Below, piece by piece: positions 17,707 through 29,100 of a stretch of 64,000 nt of DNA. Source of the stretch: Ostreococcus lucimarinus (Eukaryota); assembly GCA_000092065.1 (NCBI GenBank), contig CP000587.1, one strand, 5' to 3'. Both the position numbers and the translations under genes were made by a program. Below the pieces are notes generated by a model. The model made no database searches. It was not told the origin of the DNA and was given only the letters and a program-made list of their open reading frames with translations. Position 1 is the stretch's first letter; every line of letters starts with the position of its first letter.

Positions 17707-20631
17707 CTAATCTGATCGAGTCGCGCGCGCGACTCGATATGCTGCTTGGTCGAATAATACCGAGCCCAATCGCAACGCCGCCGCCTGCGCACCAGGGGCG
17801 AGTTCCGGAGCAAGGTCGACGAGCTCTTGCACGAGCTCCATATCAATCTCCGGCGGAGTTAAGGCGTTGGCTTCTTCCTTCTTGTCCGTCCCTCCATCAC
17901 TGCCGCTGAAGAAGTTGCGAAGCTCGTCAACGACTTTGAGGGTTTCCAAATCTTCCTCGCTCACGTGCGTCGCGCGTTCGAGTGGCGCCAACGTGCCCTG
18001 CGCGCTGCTCAAGAGTTCAGCGGCGGGCGCGAAAGACTGCGCGAAAGACTCGGCTGCGGAGAGAGGAGCCGATAACGCCGACGACGCTGTCGTGGACGCG
18101 AGCGCCCCGGCGTAGCGACCGAGCTCTCGTAGCGCAATGTCTTGAATCGGCCCGCCCGTGGGATCAAACGCTAGTTTCAACGCTTCGCGGGTGCTGCTCG
18201 AAATCTTCTTGTGCGCGCCTCCAGCCTTTTCAGGCTCCGTCGAAGGCTTGGCGCGGCTCGTGATCGATGTGTAGCTTCCGAACGCGGTAGAGAGTTGCCG
18301 AACGCGATTAACACTCAGAACGGCGTGTTCGCCGCTTTCCTTGCCGTACAAGAGCTGTTCCAAAGCACGTCGAGTCTCGGGTGACTTGTCCGTCAACAAT
18401 CGACGAGCGACGTACGGATAGCACTCGTTCGCGATTGAATAGTTTTTGTCGGAAGACAGCCCGATGCCCTCGAGGACGGAGAACGCACGGAGAATGTAGC
18501 CGAAATAGGCTGGAATCTGAAAAATATTTCCGTACTTTTCCTGGACACCTTCCAAATCCTTCGTCAACTGCGCCACCTTGCTATCCGTGCCCGCGGCTTC
18601 CAAGAAGGCGTCGCGACGCGCCTTGGGATCTTTGACGCCCTTTAACTCTTTGCGAATCTCTTTAATGCGCTCTTCGTCCGGAAGACCGAGTTCGTCGCGG
18701 AAACCTTGCGCCCCGCCACCGCGAGCGAGGGCAGAGAATAACAAGCCAAGCGCTCGAGCGACACCTGAATCCTCCATCGCTTCTCGTTTACCAGACGGGA
18801 TGAAACCCATCGCGTCCAAATCACCCGGTACGGCTTCGAAATCCTTGCTCACCAAGTGCGCGATGAAGCGCAAAATAGCCGCCGATAAATCCTTGGATAC
18901 TGGCGTGACGAGACCCCAGTCAAGAATGCACAGCTTGCCGTCATTCGTACGCAGCAGGTTGCCCGGATGCGGATCGGCGTGCAGGTAACCGAGATCCAAG
19001 AGCATCGCCAGGTACGATGTGAGCGCGACAGCGCAGAGTTGCGCCGTATCGTCCGCCTTGCTGTCTTGCAGACGCACGCCCTCTATCCAACCCGTGGTGA
19101 GCACACGACGAGTCGAGGCCTGACGAAAGACGGGCGCCGCCGTGACGACACCTCCCAAATCGGAGCGCGACGCCATGGCTTTCGCAAAGTTCTCACCATT
19201 CGTCGCCTCAGCTTCATAGTCAAGCTCAGCGATGAATCGTCGCCCCCACTCGTCGACCAGACCTTCGAGGTCGGAGTTCAAGTTGTTCCACTTTCGCCAC
19301 GGCTCGGCAAAAGAACGAATGATGCCGACGTCGAGGCTGATGGCGACAAGCGCCCCGGGGCGTTGAACTTTCACCGCCACCTCTTCTAATTGACCCTCGT
19401 CGTTTCGCCAAGTCCCTCTGTACACCTGTCCCAAGCTCGCGCTTGCGATGGGCGTTGAGCCGAGCGACAGCCGGTCAGCGGTGGGTCCGAGCTCGCGATC
19501 CAAAATTCTTCGCGCCAAGTCGTCGTCAAAGGGCGGCACTCTATCTTGCAGCACGCGCAACTCTTCGATGTACTCGGCCGGTAGCAAATCGGCACGACTA
19601 CTCAAAACTTGACCGAGTTTGACGTACGTTGGTCCGAGTGAGACGAGCAGGTTACGCAGCTGCGTCGCGCGCTTGGTGTTGATTTCCTTGCGCTTCGCGT
19701 CGCTCGTGTTCTCGCCTCGCGTCTTCCGATCCAACCAAAGCTTAGCGCTGAAACCGCCGAGCAAGATGAATGATCGAATCCCACGCTTCAACAACGTGAT
19801 CGGTCTGGTCGAGAAATACTTGCGCGTCGCCGCTGGGTCGTACCGCCTCAACTCAGCCGGCTCCACGTCGCCCTCTTGGCTCGCGAGCGCCGCCCACTCG
19901 TCCATGCCGTTCCCTTTCTTCGGTCGCGACGCGACCATCGCCAACGCCGCGAGACCGGCGATCAATCCAGCGCCGGTGGTAAAATCCGCACCTCCTCCGT
20001 TCACCGCGATCGACCCCGCGCGCCTCGCCGCCTCGTTCGCGAGCTCGCTCGCCTCGTTCGGCAGCGACTCGAAGAACGCCGCGCCGTCCGTCGTAAACCT
20101 TTCCCGATCGATCGCCGGCAGTCCCTCGAACGCGTCCGTCAGCGCCTTCACCAGTGTCGACATCACATCGATCCCACCACCGTCGACGACCGAATCAAAC
20201 GCCGCCATCGCCGTCCGCGCCGCGCGTTCCAGCGCGTCCCACGTCGCCGCGCTCGCCGCCGCCTCCGCCGCGTCCGCGCTCGCCCCCGCCGCGCGCGCCG
20301 CCTCCATCGCGCGTCGTCCCGCGCCCTCCGCGCTCGCGAGATCGATCGTCGCCGTCGCTTCGAGCGCCGTCGCGCGCGCGCGATCGAGCGCGTCGTCCGC
20401 GACGCTCCCGCGCGCGACGCCGCGTCGACGTCGTCGCTCGGCGTCGAGATTCCGCCGCGAGCGTCGCTCGCGCCGCGCGCCGCGCGCGTCGGCGACGCGC
20501 GCGATCGACGCGCGAGGCGCGCGCGCGGCGCCCGTCGCCATCCCGCGCGTCGGCGTCGCGCGCGGCGTCGAGCGTCGTCGTGTGCGGCGCCGCGCGCGCC
20601 GGGCCGCACTTCGCCCCGCGCGACGCGCCAT
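17707..20631 (-). CDS. ABC1/ADCK (UbiB-type) atypical protein kinase with long N-terminal Ala/Arg-rich presequence; plastoglobule ABC1K-like
   Basis: ABC1 domain: LGPTYVKLGQVLSSRADLLPAEYIEELRVLQDRVPPF, ASLGQVYRG, VAVKVQRPG, LHADPHPGNLL, ILDWGL. ATG verified at 20629-20631. Confidence 0.85.
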   Translation of the reverse strand: MARRAGRSAARRARRRTRRRSTPRATPTRGMATGAARAPRASIARVADARGARRERRSRRNLDAERRRRRGVARGSVADDALDRARATALEATATIDLASAEGAGRRAMEAARAAGASADAAEAAASAATWDALERAARTAMAAFDSVVDGGGIDVMSTLVKALTDAFEGLPAIDRERFTTDGAAFFESLPNEASELANEAARRAGSIAVNGGGADFTTGAGLIAGLAALAMVASRPKKGNGMDEWAALASQEGDVEPAELRRYDPAATRKYFSTRPITLLKRGIRSFILLGGFSAKLWLDRKTRGENTSDAKRKEINTKRATQLRNLLVSLGPTYVKLGQVLSSRADLLPAEYIEELRVLQDRVPPFDDDLARRILDRELGPTADRLSLGSTPIASASLGQVYRGTWRNDEGQLEEVAVKVQRPGALVAISLDVGIIRSFAEPWRKWNNLNSDLEGLVDEWGRRFIAELDYEAEATNGENFAKAMASRSDLGGVVTAAPVFRQASTRRVLTTGWIEGVRLQDSKADDTAQLCAVALTSYLAMLLDLGYLHADPHPGNLLRTNDGKLCILDWGLVTPVSKDLSAAILRFIAHLVSKDFEAVPGDLDAMGFIPSGKREAMEDSGVARALGLLFSALARGGGAQGFRDELGLPDEERIKEIRKELKGVKDPKARRDAFLEAAGTDSKVAQLTKDLEGVQEKYGNIFQIPAYFGYILRAFSVLEGIGLSSDKNYSIANECYPYVARRLLTDKSPETRRALEQLLYGKESGEHAVLSVNRVRQLSTAFGSYTSITSRAKPSTEPEKAGGAHKKISSSTREALKLAFDPTGGPIQDIALRELGRYAGALASTTASSALSAPLSAAESFAQSFAPAAELLSSAQGTLAPLERATHVSEEDLETLKVVDELRNFFSGSDGGTDKKEEANALTPPEIDMELVQELVDLAPELAPGAQAAALRLGSVLFDQAAYRVARATRSD

Positions 20632-21934
20632 GTCGAGCGACGCGCGCGTCGCCGAGCTCGATCGACGCGGGTACTACGTCGCCGTCGACGTCCCGCGCGG
20701 GGCGACGTTCGCGCTGGACACGGCGGAGTGGACGTGCGACGAACGCTTCGCGGGCGTCAAGGCGCTGACGCGTGGATTGCACTTCGTCGCCGTGCGCGAC
20801 GCGAACGAGCGAGGCGCGGGCGAACGCGTGGGAGAGTTCATCGACGCCGCGCCGGGAAGCGTGGAGATCCGGAGGTGGGACGCCGCGGTGGAGACGCTGG
20901 GGGAGGGAGAGGGGATGAGCGCGGAGGACGCGGAGCGCGCGCGCGCGGCGACGCGGGAAGGACGAGCGTTCGATGGAGGGTTAGCGTGGTATCCGACCGA
21001 GGTCGAGACGCGATGGATGGGATTGAGCGGATGGATCACGCGGGACAGCTTGCGGAGGTGTGGGGTGGATTGCGGGACGCGCGTGGTGGCGGGCGACCCG
21101 GAGGCGGAGACGCGCGGCGACGAACGGGGAGGAGTGGTGCCGTATTTCGATAACATACAGCGCGCGCCGACGTTTACGGTGAATGCGGTGCGGAAAAGGC
21201 CGAGTGGAATGACGCCGGCGGAGGTGTCGGCGATAAATATCGATGCGAACGCGCGGCTGGCGCACGCGGTGGCGTGCTTCGGCGACGACGGCTGGCGCGG
21301 GTTGTTGGGAGAGTTTCAACTCGCCTTCGTTCTCTTGATGGGGCTGTCCTCCATGGCGGCGTTGGAGCAGTGGAAACATCTCGCGCACGTGGTGTGCTCG
21401 TGCGCGGAGACGGCGGTGTTCGACTATCCGGAGCTTTACCTCGGGTTTGTCGACGCGCTCGATGCGCAGCTCGCGCGCGCGGGCGAAGACTTTTTCGTGG
21501 ACGATTACACCGAGGACAACTTCTTGCGGCCGTGCATGGTAGCACTGATGCGCATCGACGTCGACGACACCCCGAAGCGAGAAGTCACGGACATGGATGT
21601 CGAATCGACGCTGGACGCGATTTCGAGCAAGCTCGCCGCGCTCGCTCGCGGCGTGCGCGAGAAATTCGACGTCGACCTCATCGAGGAAGCTCGCGAGGCG
21701 AAGCTCGCGGACTCGAGCGTCGTCGACGCCGAAGAAGACGCCCCGGTCGTCGTCGAGTTGAGTGAGGGTCATTACATGGCCATGAACGCGACCGACGTCG
21801 ACGTCGAGTCCGACGCCTTCAAAACGGACGCCGAATCCGGCGCCGAGCGCATGGGCTGGATGCGCGCGTACGCGCCGACCAGCGCCGACCACACGCCGAG
21901 GAACGGTTCGAAATTCGTCAACCAACGGGCGTAG
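20630..21934 (+). CDS. AAR2: AAR2-family protein (U5 snRNP assembly factor homolog)
   Basis: GYYVAVDVPRGATFALDTAEWTCDERFAGVKALTRGLHFVAV matches the AAR2 N-terminal consensus. Conserved C-terminal region FQLAFVLLMGLSSMAALEQWKHLAHVVCSCAETAV. ATG verified at 20630-20632, overlapping the ABC1K start codon on the other strand. Confidence 0.6.
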   Translation: MSSDARVAELDRRGYYVAVDVPRGATFALDTAEWTCDERFAGVKALTRGLHFVAVRDANERGAGERVGEFIDAAPGSVEIRRWDAAVETLGEGEGMSAEDAERARAATREGRAFDGGLAWYPTEVETRWMGLSGWITRDSLRRCGVDCGTRVVAGDPEAETRGDERGGVVPYFDNIQRAPTFTVNAVRKRPSGMTPAEVSAINIDANARLAHAVACFGDDGWRGLLGEFQLAFVLLMGLSSMAALEQWKHLAHVVCSCAETAVFDYPELYLGFVDALDAQLARAGEDFFVDDYTEDNFLRPCMVALMRIDVDDTPKREVTDMDVESTLDAISSKLAALARGVREKFDVDLIEEAREAKLADSSVVDAEEDAPVVVELSEGHYMAMNATDVDVESDAFKTDAESGAERMGWMRAYAPTSADHTPRNGSKFVNQRA

Positions 21935-22170
21935 AATCGAATCGGTCCCATGCCGCGGCATCCTCGGTCGTACGTCAGCGATTCCAACTTTTCGTGGAAT
22001 CCGCTCGCGTCGCGCAGGCACCCGGGCCAGATCTCGGCGTCGCTCGTCGCCTTCGAGCCTCGCCGCGACGTCGACATCGCGCGCGTCGCGTTCGTCGTCC
22101 CGCGGCTTGTGATCGTAATCTCACGAACGACCATCCGCGGCTTCGCCTCTCGCCTCTAACGGTAGGGGTC

Positions 22171-22566
22171 GGTGATGCTGAAATCTGCTACATGTTTTTC
22201 AGACTTTTTTTGCTACAAGTTTCTGAACTTTCAGCCAATTTTTGCTACAACTTGTAGCAACTTTCAGACAATTTGCACGCAGAAAGTCTGAAACTTGCTA
22301 CGTCTCCGGTGATGCTGAAATCTGCTACATGTTTTTCAGACTTTTTTTGCTACAAGTTTCTGAACTTTCAGCCAATTTTTGCTACAACTTGTAGCAACTT
22401 TCAGACAATTTGCACGCAGAAAGTCTGAAACTTGCTACGTCTCCGGTGATGCTGAAATCTGCTACATGTTTTTCAGACTTTTTTTGCTACAAGTTTCTGA
22501 ACTTTCAGCCAATTTTTGCTACAAGTTGTAGCAACTTTCAGACTTTGGTGTAGCAAGTTTCAGACT
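22171..22566. repeat. AT-rich 137-bp tandem repeat (about 2.9 copies) full of short palindromes, at the left boundary of the low-GC island
   Basis: Copies start at 22171, 22308 and 22445. The unit contains gctacaacttgtagc (a perfect 7-bp inverted repeat) and tttcagac...gtctgaaa. About 35% GC in a genome that is otherwise 65-70% GC. Confidence 0.9.
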
Positions 22567-22836
22567 GACCCCCTCTCGCCCGAAATCGACATTCGGCGTC
22601 CGCGTCACCAATTCAACGAACTCGCCGGCATTGATCGGGCGCGACGTCACGCGTGCGCGCGAACGAAGCGAACGAAGCGAACGACGCGACCGCTCGATCG
22701 AACGGCGCGACGACGCGAACGACGCGACCGCTCGATCGAACGGCGCGACGGCGCGACGCGCGCCGGCGCGACGAATCGAATTCGCGTCGCGCGATTCGTT
22801 GAATTGCGATTGCGCATCGACGGTCGACGGTGAACC

Positions 22837-24609
22837 ATGGCGAACGCGCTGATCGCGTTTACGCTCGCGAACGCGGCGTGTGAGCTGGTGACGCCGATAC
22901 GGTACGCGCGGACGATGACGCTGTGGAGCCGAGGACGCGGGGATTGCGGAGAGACGGCGAAGATTGGAGCGGTGTGCGGGTACCTGATTCAAATCGCGGC
23001 GACGTTTACGTGGTACGAACTCGCGGTGCTGGGAATCATCCCGGGCGGCGCGAGCGACGGTACGGTGGACTTTGAATTGCGATTGATACATCAAATGTTC
23101 ACGTACGTGACATTCGGAGCGGTGTTCGCTATTTGGCTGGACGACCTCGCCGTCGTCGGCGCGCCCGTTTCGTGGTGCTCGTCGCTGGCGAGATTGTACC
23201 AGTTCTTCTCGACGCGAATGATCGCGTGCATGATGATCATGGCGAGTCGAAAAACGCCAACGGCGTGGCATCCGTTCTGGACCGCGGCCGGTTACACGGC
23301 CAGCGCGGTAAAGGGCGCGGGAACGGACGTAATTCTTAAATATGCGTACTACTTTTGCCGAGCTGGGTTCAGCGTTGTGTCCATGGCGATAGCGCTGACG
23401 GGGGTATTTTACTGGAATCCAGTTCGCGCCTGGTTTATCCGCGTAGAAGATTCTCAATCGCGCGCGAGTCGCACTTCGAACCGCAAGGAGATGATGCGAA
23501 CCATCTTTTGGCACTGTGCGTTTGGTCTGATTTTCAGCGCAATTTGGATCACGGCGTCGAATTCAGGAATTCCTCGCATCGATGCCATCAAGGGGGCATC
23601 TAGATCTACCATGTCTACGCATTACTTCGAGCCTTGGATTCCGGGACACCAGATCATCCACGCGAAGAATCACGGGCAAACGATGATAGCGGTTGCATAC
23701 GCCACTTTTATCGCGTACTCATTGAACTATATGGACGACGGCGGTTTGTGGATCTCAAAAGTTCTCTCAATTCAACTGCCCGCCCAGATTTACAACTTTT
23801 TTGTTGTTATTTACATCATCGTCGCCCTTGGTGGTGGAACCATCTTTCATCCAACCTGGTACACGAATGGTTGGGCCCCAAGCTGGGCGACACATCGTAT
23901 GCTGGATTGGCTCTTCTTCGTTGGTACTGGTCATCTGACTATTTTCGGTGTTCCACTCATCACGTACGCGCTTCTCAAGCATCTCAGTATTCCCGAATTT
24001 AAGCCGTATGCGACTGCTTCCATGGGCTTCTTTACCAAGTGCATGCGTCATGGAATGGTATCAATTTTGTTTTCTGGGCTGTGGATGATGGCCGTCAGTA
24101 CGGGCGTGCCCATGCCAGATGCCAAACTCACAGCCATGTTTGGACTTCCCCCTCTACACAAACTCGACGTGCGAGAAACTATCAAGATGCATCACGTCGA
24201 TATCATCGTGAGCATAATTATTATGGCGAACGGTTACGCCGTGCTGGCTCTCGACCGCGTTGTTCAGCTGGATTACAAGCTGCATCAATTCATCACTGTC
24301 GTATGGAAGCACTCGATGACCAGTCGATGGGTGTACTTTTGGTGTGCGAAAATTCTCTTGCATAGCGGCGAGCGTTTTACTACACCGAACGTTATCGCCT
24401 CGCTCTTGCGCTTCCGATCGCAAGTTAAGTCTACCAGCAGTGACAACTGGTTTTTCGTTTTGATCGCCGTCATGGAACTGTACTCTTTCACCGCGATGAT
24501 GCTCTTATTTCTCTTCACACTCACCCGAATGGCTCGTGCCAGTGTGGCTTACTTGAGAAATAACGGCCAAGGTCAGGTAAACTGGACAACCGGCCTGAAG
24601 CAAGAATAG
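22837..24609 (+). CDS. Polytopic membrane protein (about 12 TM segments), unknown family; likely paralogous to the N-terminal membrane region of the 26138-31984 megaprotein
   Basis: ATG verified at 22837. GC falls from about 62% at the 5' end to about 47% at the 3' end. By-eye matches to the megaprotein: NFFVVIYIIVALGGGTIFHP vs MPFFTIMTAALMNILFHHAF; HRMLDWLFFVGTGHLTIFG vs FHMFGVSLASMAHLFILG; EPWIP vs HSWIP. Confidence 0.6.
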   Translation: MANALIAFTLANAACELVTPIRYARTMTLWSRGRGDCGETAKIGAVCGYLIQIAATFTWYELAVLGIIPGGASDGTVDFELRLIHQMFTYVTFGAVFAIWLDDLAVVGAPVSWCSSLARLYQFFSTRMIACMMIMASRKTPTAWHPFWTAAGYTASAVKGAGTDVILKYAYYFCRAGFSVVSMAIALTGVFYWNPVRAWFIRVEDSQSRASRTSNRKEMMRTIFWHCAFGLIFSAIWITASNSGIPRIDAIKGASRSTMSTHYFEPWIPGHQIIHAKNHGQTMIAVAYATFIAYSLNYMDDGGLWISKVLSIQLPAQIYNFFVVIYIIVALGGGTIFHPTWYTNGWAPSWATHRMLDWLFFVGTGHLTIFGVPLITYALLKHLSIPEFKPYATASMGFFTKCMRHGMVSILFSGLWMMAVSTGVPMPDAKLTAMFGLPPLHKLDVRETIKMHHVDIIVSIIIMANGYAVLALDRVVQLDYKLHQFITVVWKHSMTSRWVYFWCAKILLHSGERFTTPNVIASLLRFRSQVKSTSSDNWFFVLIAVMELYSFTAMMLLFLFTLTRMARASVAYLRNNGQGQVNWTTGLKQE

Positions 24610-24806
24610 TCCGTGAGCAATGGACTTAATTAAAAACTTTCTGCGACTTACTACTCTTTACATCAACTGAAAACGGTCAAGAAGTGTTCGCACACCGGTT
24701 GCTATACAAAAGCCGTTTGTGCACTTTTGCCATAGCATTCTGGAACCTTGTGCGACTTCGAAAAGGATGCTTGATACAATACATATGAATATGCTATGAC
24801 TATTAA

Positions 24807-25859
24807 TTACGCTAATTTCGATGCTCGTGAAGACGAATGCGGCGCGCCATCGAGCGATTCATTGTCATGTAGTAGAACGCTGATGTATTCAAGCATCGCT
24901 TGCCCCGCCGTGTCATTCAGAATTTCCTCAAAGGAGAGTGATCCGCGATTCGAGATATCGATGCGCTCGAAAAGCTCTTTTATGTCTCGTGCGTCGACGC
25001 CCCACGTGAACAATTGCTCACGGAGCTCGCTCCCATCTAACGTGCCATTACCATCCTTATCCAGCACATCAAAAGCTGTCCGTAACGGCGTCTTACCGAT
25101 TCGCAAACGTACCAACGAATTCACTCTACCACAGATAGCTGCAAAATTGCGTTCTTTTCCGCTTTCCTCGGATCCGCACGCGTTGGAATACGCGGCAATG
25201 ATGACTATGGCAATGAGGGCACCCACGGGACCGTACACTGCTGGTATGACTAAAAACAGTGCAAGAGTTGCCCCTGTCGTGTACCGGTGCTCCTTAATAC
25301 CCGGAACATTCGTGAACGCAAATATAAACATTCTGGAATACACGAACCCCTGCGCGAGAACGAGCTGGTCGATGAAATTTTCCAATACGGCGCCGCTCGA
25401 GTCTGACGAAAGCGCGCCGGCTCCAATCAGCACTCGAAACGCTTTTTCGATGTGCGCGGTGTTTATAATGTGCAATGCAGGAGTTATAATAGACGGTGTC
25501 CCAAACGATGCGTCGATTTGAAGCATCGCCGTGAGCGCGATCACCAACACGCACGCCGCGCTCGCGCGCATCGTACCCCTCGCGCCGCCGCCGACCAGCA
25601 ACGCTCGCGCGCCCAACGTCAGCTCCATCGTTCCGAAGGCCACGTGCACCAACAGGCGCCTCGCTCGTCGACGATTCAGTCTAAATTTAGGATGCATGCG
25701 CTTCTTGCCCGCTCGAGCGTAGCCCAAGACGAGGAAAATCTCGAGCACGTACCCGATGACAATCACGGCAATCTTTTGCGTTCGCTGCTCGCTCGCCTCG
25801 CGCACGGTCCCACCGAACGCGTACGCACCGAGCGGGAGATCATACGTCCATGCGAACAT
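24807..25859 (-). CDS. Multi-pass membrane protein with a C-terminal EF-hand calcium-binding motif
   Basis: Hydrophobic helices through the first roughly 230 aa; EF-hand loop DKDGNGTLDGSELREQL; ATG verified at 25857-25859. About 50% GC. Confidence 0.6.
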   Translation of the reverse strand: MFAWTYDLPLGAYAFGGTVREASEQRTQKIAVIVIGYVLEIFLVLGYARAGKKRMHPKFRLNRRRARRLLVHVAFGTMELTLGARALLVGGGARGTMRASAACVLVIALTAMLQIDASFGTPSIITPALHIINTAHIEKAFRVLIGAGALSSDSSGAVLENFIDQLVLAQGFVYSRMFIFAFTNVPGIKEHRYTTGATLALFLVIPAVYGPVGALIAIVIIAAYSNACGSEESGKERNFAAICGRVNSLVRLRIGKTPLRTAFDVLDKDGNGTLDGSELREQLFTWGVDARDIKELFERIDISNRGSLSFEEILNDTAGQAMLEYISVLLHDNESLDGAPHSSSRASKLA

Positions 25860-26137
25860 TTACGCGTGCGTATCGAACGCGCGTCGTCGGGTCGAGACGA
25901 ACGCGTCGCGGTGTTCGGTTGGCCGTTGAGCGGGTTTGGGAAGTGCTTGTTTGAACGTTGTGCTTTTGCTTAAATAGTAAAACTGGTAGCGCGACAAACG
26001 CGTTATCGCACGATAAACGCGCTATCGTTGGGAATGTATCCAAAACTACGAATAGGCCGCAGGCTCGCGGCGGGAAGTCTTGCTCGTGGTGAGTTGGTTC
26101 ACCCACCGATTTTTGGAATTTTGACGCAACAGTGGCT

Positions 26138-29100
26138 TTACACACCAATGTTGCTCGGCACGCGTTCTGGGTGCATGTAAGGATATGCCTTTACTCCAAG
26201 CTTTGCGTTGCGGTTTTCGATCTGGCGTCCCATGGCACGCAGCTCAGAACGGAGATCTTGGAGAGCGGCGATTTCAGCCGGCGTAATCATCATGTCAGTG
26301 ATGTAATGTCCGACAAAAACCTCTTCTTTTGAGAACTGTGAAAGCGTCCAGCCAGTCGCCATCGTCTGCGCCGCTTGACCGACGCTCGGCAGCGCGTCGA
26401 TAACATCTTTTTCCGTCACCGGAACCTTCTTCGTCGGCGCAGGCTTGCGCATGATGAGCGGACGATTTGGACAATAAGAGTAATAGTCCCACTGGCTGAA
26501 GTTGACTGCGGCGTGAGTAAAAGAGCACGTGTACATCACTGACGTGCAGATATCAACAAGTTGATCGATTGAATCGATACTACCCGGCACACCGTGCTGA
26601 CTTCTGTCCGTGCCTTGGTATCCATAGCCTTGCATCTCAAGAATCATGCTCTGTATGTATGGATCGGCGGCAACTTCCGCGTCAGACGTGTAGTGCAGCT
26701 TGAAGATGCTTTTAGCGAAACGACGAAGACAGGCCCATGCTCGCAACGAGTCGTCACGATGATGATAACCTCTCAAATCTCCCTCACTTAGCACGCCACG
26801 TTTTTTAAAGGAGGTCGGAACGTGCAAATCGTCAAGCTTAAATCTCTGGTACGCTTTGCTCATCAAGTCCATGTGACCTCCTTGGCCAACTGCTACGACG
26901 CGATCAGTAACTCCTCCCGGAGATATTAACAACGACCGCCCAAGGGTATTGATGGCAATCACGTAGATGAGATGAGGACGCAATACCCGGTACACAGGAT
27001 GGTTTCTTGGAAGAGTTCTTTCGACGCAGACGGACCACGGTTCCATGAGCAAGTGCGTGCCCAATAGGTGCGATATCATCTGATGTACGTTTCCGTCAGA
27101 GCACATTAAGTGCGCTTTTGCGAGGAGCCACTCGTACTCGCCATCTTTTGGAGTCCATACCGGCGCGCTAGCACCAGACTGAAAGTGCTGGATGCAGATT
27201 GGGCGAAGTGCCGTGCTCTTGTCCGCAAAGAAGAGAGCCATGGAGTTCTCGACGCAGTAGCCTTGACCGCGCTTGATATCCTCAAGGATTTCATAGTCAA
27301 CCATGAATATGTGCCCTGCTGCCAACTCGCTTTCGAGCGTTTTGCCTGGAGGTAAAACGCCTCTTACATGTTCTTCGGTGACGCGAAACTTGGCTGGAAT
27401 TTGAGACACTTTGCGCACTTGATTTGGATGTGTTCCATTCATAAATTGACGACCAAACTCCTCGTCCGAACGCCAGTCTCTGATGATTGCAACAGGGGGG
27501 AGAGAAGCGTAAAGGCGATAGTAGTCATCCAGCGATTTAATTTCTTCGTCCTTGATCATTTCGGCGACGCCTTTATTTTCGAATCCCACAAAAGTATCGA
27601 CAAAGAAGTCCTTGTATTTTGTTGAGCTGAATTGCTCCGTGATGGGGAGCTTTGAGTGGTCGTCATATGTGCTATGATTTGGCAAGTACGAACCATTCGA
27701 CCAATCGAATTCCTTCTTCATGAACGAAAGGTACTGTTCAGTCGCATCGGCGATCAGTTGGCGACAAGCCAAGCTTGTTGTCGGCGTAATGGAGCACGGA
27801 AGAACGAATCGGACACCTTGGCCAATGTATCGCCACACATTCAACGTGAAACTCGTTGGAATTTGCGAAGTGAACGTCACATCTATCCGACCGCAATTCC
27901 AAGAGCTTTTCGAGGTTTGAGAAATAATGGCGTAAGCTGGCTCTCCAATATCGTCGGCGTGCACGAAGTGCGTGCTGATTGCTCCAGTTGCGAAGGAGTC
28001 ACCGAGATCATGCAGGACGATTTTGGGCGTAGCGCCACGCGTTCCGACGAATTGTAGCACCACATCACCGTCTATTCCAGACCCAGCGATTGAATGCGTC
28101 GTAACTTTGATCGTATACTTTTTTGACGCTTCAGGAGCGTAAACGTCTTTTCGTCCGCGGGTGAAAACGCGGCGAATTTTATATGACGTCTCGTAAACCA
28201 CCGCACGCGTCCAGTTCAAGGAGTTATAGTCTTGCGAGTTGATTGGTCGAGTGAGAGGCATGCAAGCCGGAGTACGATTCATACCGAACGATAAATTCTC
28301 AACCGAGTGTTGCGGGAGTGCGGCGTGAAGTCTCACGACTCCAACGTCGAGAAATTCAGTCCCCCAAGCTTTGTTGGGGTTGAAAATTTCCGCGGTATCC
28401 GAAGAAGTGGCCTCATATAACTGGATTTGAAGTCGGTACCTCACGGCTTCGCCCGCCACCTTGGTGCAGAACTCGTTTCGCAGATAGTCAGGCAAACGTT
28501 TCTCGTTCGGTAGTCGACGATATTTCATCATATGTGTCGTTGCGATCAGGTTCTGGTCAGCCTCGTCAGGCAAGAACGGCTCTTGACCGACGTCCGTCCC
28601 AGGGCCAGCTCCGTATGGAACGAGTCTGAACTTGCAGTATCGCTTTTTGCCATCCAAAGCATGGAATTCGCGACAAGTCTGCGAGTAATAATGTAAATCG
28701 CAGTACGAGTCGGGTGCCCTTCGCACCCCGCCGATACCAGCCTTAATGCCTGTGGGATACTTCATTCCCCATGCCTTGTAAGCGGAGTCGTTAAACGTCG
28801 CCATTTGAAATACGAACGGAAGAAACGAATCCAAGTTGAAAAATCCAGCGAATTCACCAGTGTTCAGGTGCAGATCGAATGGACTTTCGTCGACGGCATT
28901 TGAGAACTTCAGCGCACAACCTCGAATCTCAAGAGATGCGTCGTCATACATTTCCGAGTCGGCGAGCTTCACGCCGACGGCGTTCGAGTGCCTCAAGATG
29001 ATTGGCATCGTCTTGCCCTTCGTAAAGAAAGCATTTTTGGGCACCTTACTGTTCTCGATGACGGTGAATTGCCCGATCGCACCAACACCGACTGGATGGG

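Noticed and set aside
19619-20629. N-terminal 337 codons of track ORF 19619-21934 as part of AAR2
   Set aside because: This stretch is antisense to the well-supported ABC1K coding sequence and is low-complexity. The AAR2 homology begins at the ATG at 20630.
22171-22566. Possibility that any of the tandem arrays (137-bp, 46-bp, 30-bp, 33-bp) is a CRISPR array
   Set aside because: The units are contiguous with no unique spacers. The host is clearly eukaryotic (spliceosomal introns, tRNA intron, transit peptides, Pol III terminators).
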